64,000 bases of DNA from Vermamoeba vermiformis (taxonomy: Eukaryota), in NCBI GenBank assembly GCA_045837725.1, contig JBEWZL010000232.1, forward strand, positions 372,001 through 436,000. Direction: 5' to 3'. Shown in pieces: positions 62,301 through 64,000 of the stretch (position 1 is the first letter of the stretch; each line of letters starts with the position of its first letter). The position numbers and the translations under genes were made by a program. The notes beneath the pieces were generated by a model, which saw nothing but the letters and a program-made list of their open reading frames with translations, searched no databases and was not told where the DNA came from.

Positions 62301-64000
62301 AAAGCATTACCTGCAACTTTGCTAATTGCATACAACGCGCCACCAAAGGATGATTCGGCCAGATCGAAGTTTTGTTTTGCCAAGTAAATGTTTCCTTGAA
62401 TGAACAAAAGCTTGGCGGCTAGCTCTGCAGGCACCACTTGATAAATCGATAACACCTCTCTGGCCTCTTGCAGTATGCCGTGTGCTTCGTCATATTGCTT
62501 GCCGTTGAAACTCAACATTGCCTCGTTAACCAAGTGCCTTGCCTTGTCCAAAGACTGGCGGACCTCGGGATTTCCAACTTCTACAGTCGTTGCAATTGTA
62601 GCTCGAGGTTCGATGGACGCGATCATTTCTTCACTGAACGGGAAGTCCGAATCAAAGAAGTGCGGGTCATTTTGAATAGCCATCAATAGAGCCAGCTTGT
62701 ACTTGATGCCAATAGCATTGCAGATCGAATGGAACAGCAAGTACTTTGAAATATCCTGTCGCAGGTTGGTGGTAGTGAACAGTTCGTCGCCCTTTAACGA
62801 AGGTCCGTACTGTCCGAACTTGGCTTCAATTTGAACTTTGATGATATGAGTCCAGTAAAACTCCGAAGCCTTTGAATTTCCGAGCAAGATGTTAAGGTAC
62901 TTCGTAATTGCTGATTCGTGTCTGTCGTGGAACTTTCTCAACTTGCGCGCCAAGAAATTTTTCACGCAGCGACAGATCATTTCGAACAGCATCAACCTGC
63001 GATAAAATCAATAAATGCAATCATAAATAAGGCTGATTTTCTTACGTTTGCAATCTTGGACTCGTAGTGAGTGAGCGTAACAAGCCCAAATATCGAATGT
63101 TGACACCGTACTTGTGCATGACTTCTTTCAACATCTTCGTCGAATCAACGTACGGCGAATTGTGAGTAAGGTCATGAGCGAGTCTTTAAACACGTTAGAT
63201 TTACTTATGATGAACGTTAAGACGTACTTGTTAATGACAACTTGGCGCAAGTGATTGGTGGCCTCGAGCACTGCAACGTTGTGTGCTTTGTAGTTGTCAT
63301 CGAACCGCGTGAAATTCGTGAACTGCGATTCTTTGGATTAGTCAACAATAACGAGGTGTTGTTACTGAACTGCGACTTACGGCATCAGGATTAAGTGCCT
63401 TCTTATATTGCATGACGAGCTCAGGACGAAGTTGGTAGAACAAGAACCGAGCGTCTAATCCATAAATCAAGTAGGCCTTGCCGTAGATTCGTTTGCCCGC
63501 CAGGCCCGATGCCAACAAGTTCACGACACTGTTCTCTGCCTCGTCATAAAACAACGTGCCTTCGCTCAATGACTCCGAAGTCATGTTTGTTCCCAAAATC
63601 TCTTGTAGATCGGTTTGCTCGACATCAATCTTCGTAGCAACTTGTTGATATTGAGCACAATCAGAGGGGTCAAGTTTGATTGCCGTGACTTCGCGGTAAG
63701 GGCACTGCAAGCTGTTAGAATCATCGTCTTAAAGACTACAATATCGTACCTCGGGTGGAAAGACTCGTGCTGTGTCCAACACCTACATCGTGATGTTATT
63801 TTTAACTACCCAAAATGAATCCAGTAAAGCCCTTACGTAATATCGCCCGTCATTGCCCCGATGAACTTCTACATCTGCAGCTGCCCACACGGTTTTCTAA
63901 CAGGAGTTAGGACGTATTCATAATACAATTAGTTTGTAAAGATACCTTTTCGGGGCTGACTTTGTGCGGTTGAAGGTTCAGCAAACGACCAGCTTTCTCC
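59311..64000 (-). CDS. Clu-domain + TPR + RCC1-repeat protein, 5' part outside the window
   Basis: FYQLRPELV..ALNPDA, MHKYGVNIRYLG, LFEMICRCVKN (Clu); TPR-like QGNIYLAKQNFDLAESSF; RCC1 repeats KVACGRQFIVAVSKTGHVFMWG and DVACGPEH; coiled-coil end, stop at 59311-59313. Confidence 0.85.

Noticed and set aside
1-64000. Transposons, retroelements, rRNA/tRNA genes, CRISPR arrays
   Set aside because: No transposase, reverse transcriptase or integrase motifs, terminal repeats or recognisable structural RNA genes were seen by eye.

Overview
Gene-dense, intron-rich, AT-rich eukaryotic DNA with short GT-AG introns. The gene content (RapGAP, RhoGEF, two Clu-domain proteins, PA-domain 7TM protein, HAUS3) suggests a free-living amoebozoan-type protist; this is an inference. 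About 27 protein-coding genes can be reconstructed by hand, including housekeeping genes (HAUS3, RBM19/MRD1, ELF1, ICMT, a probable LAMTOR1) and three F-box genes. The main result is a ~13 kb candidate glycan-modification cluster at 13.8-27.0 kb. Two convergent genes each fuse a nucleotide-sugar transporter to a STELLO/DUF288-C-terminal-like putative glycosyltransferase. Between them lie a bacterial-capsule-type kinase gene and a nucleotidyltransferase-HAD phosphatase fusion gene. A secreted GH32 fructosidase is divergently transcribed from the second transporter gene. Together these could form a donor synthesis, Golgi import, transfer and remodelling pathway, possibly for fructosylation. Other notable items: a bacterial-like trio (methyltransferase, secreted cyanophycinase-like S51 peptidase, GPI-anchored DUF4962/heparinase-II/III lyase with a frameshift), a ~2 kb CpG-depleted island, a GC-rich structured ncRNA candidate at ~45.1 kb, and a tandem pair of unannotated micro-protein genes. 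Exon boundaries and family assignments come from manual reading and motif recognition only; no searches were run.
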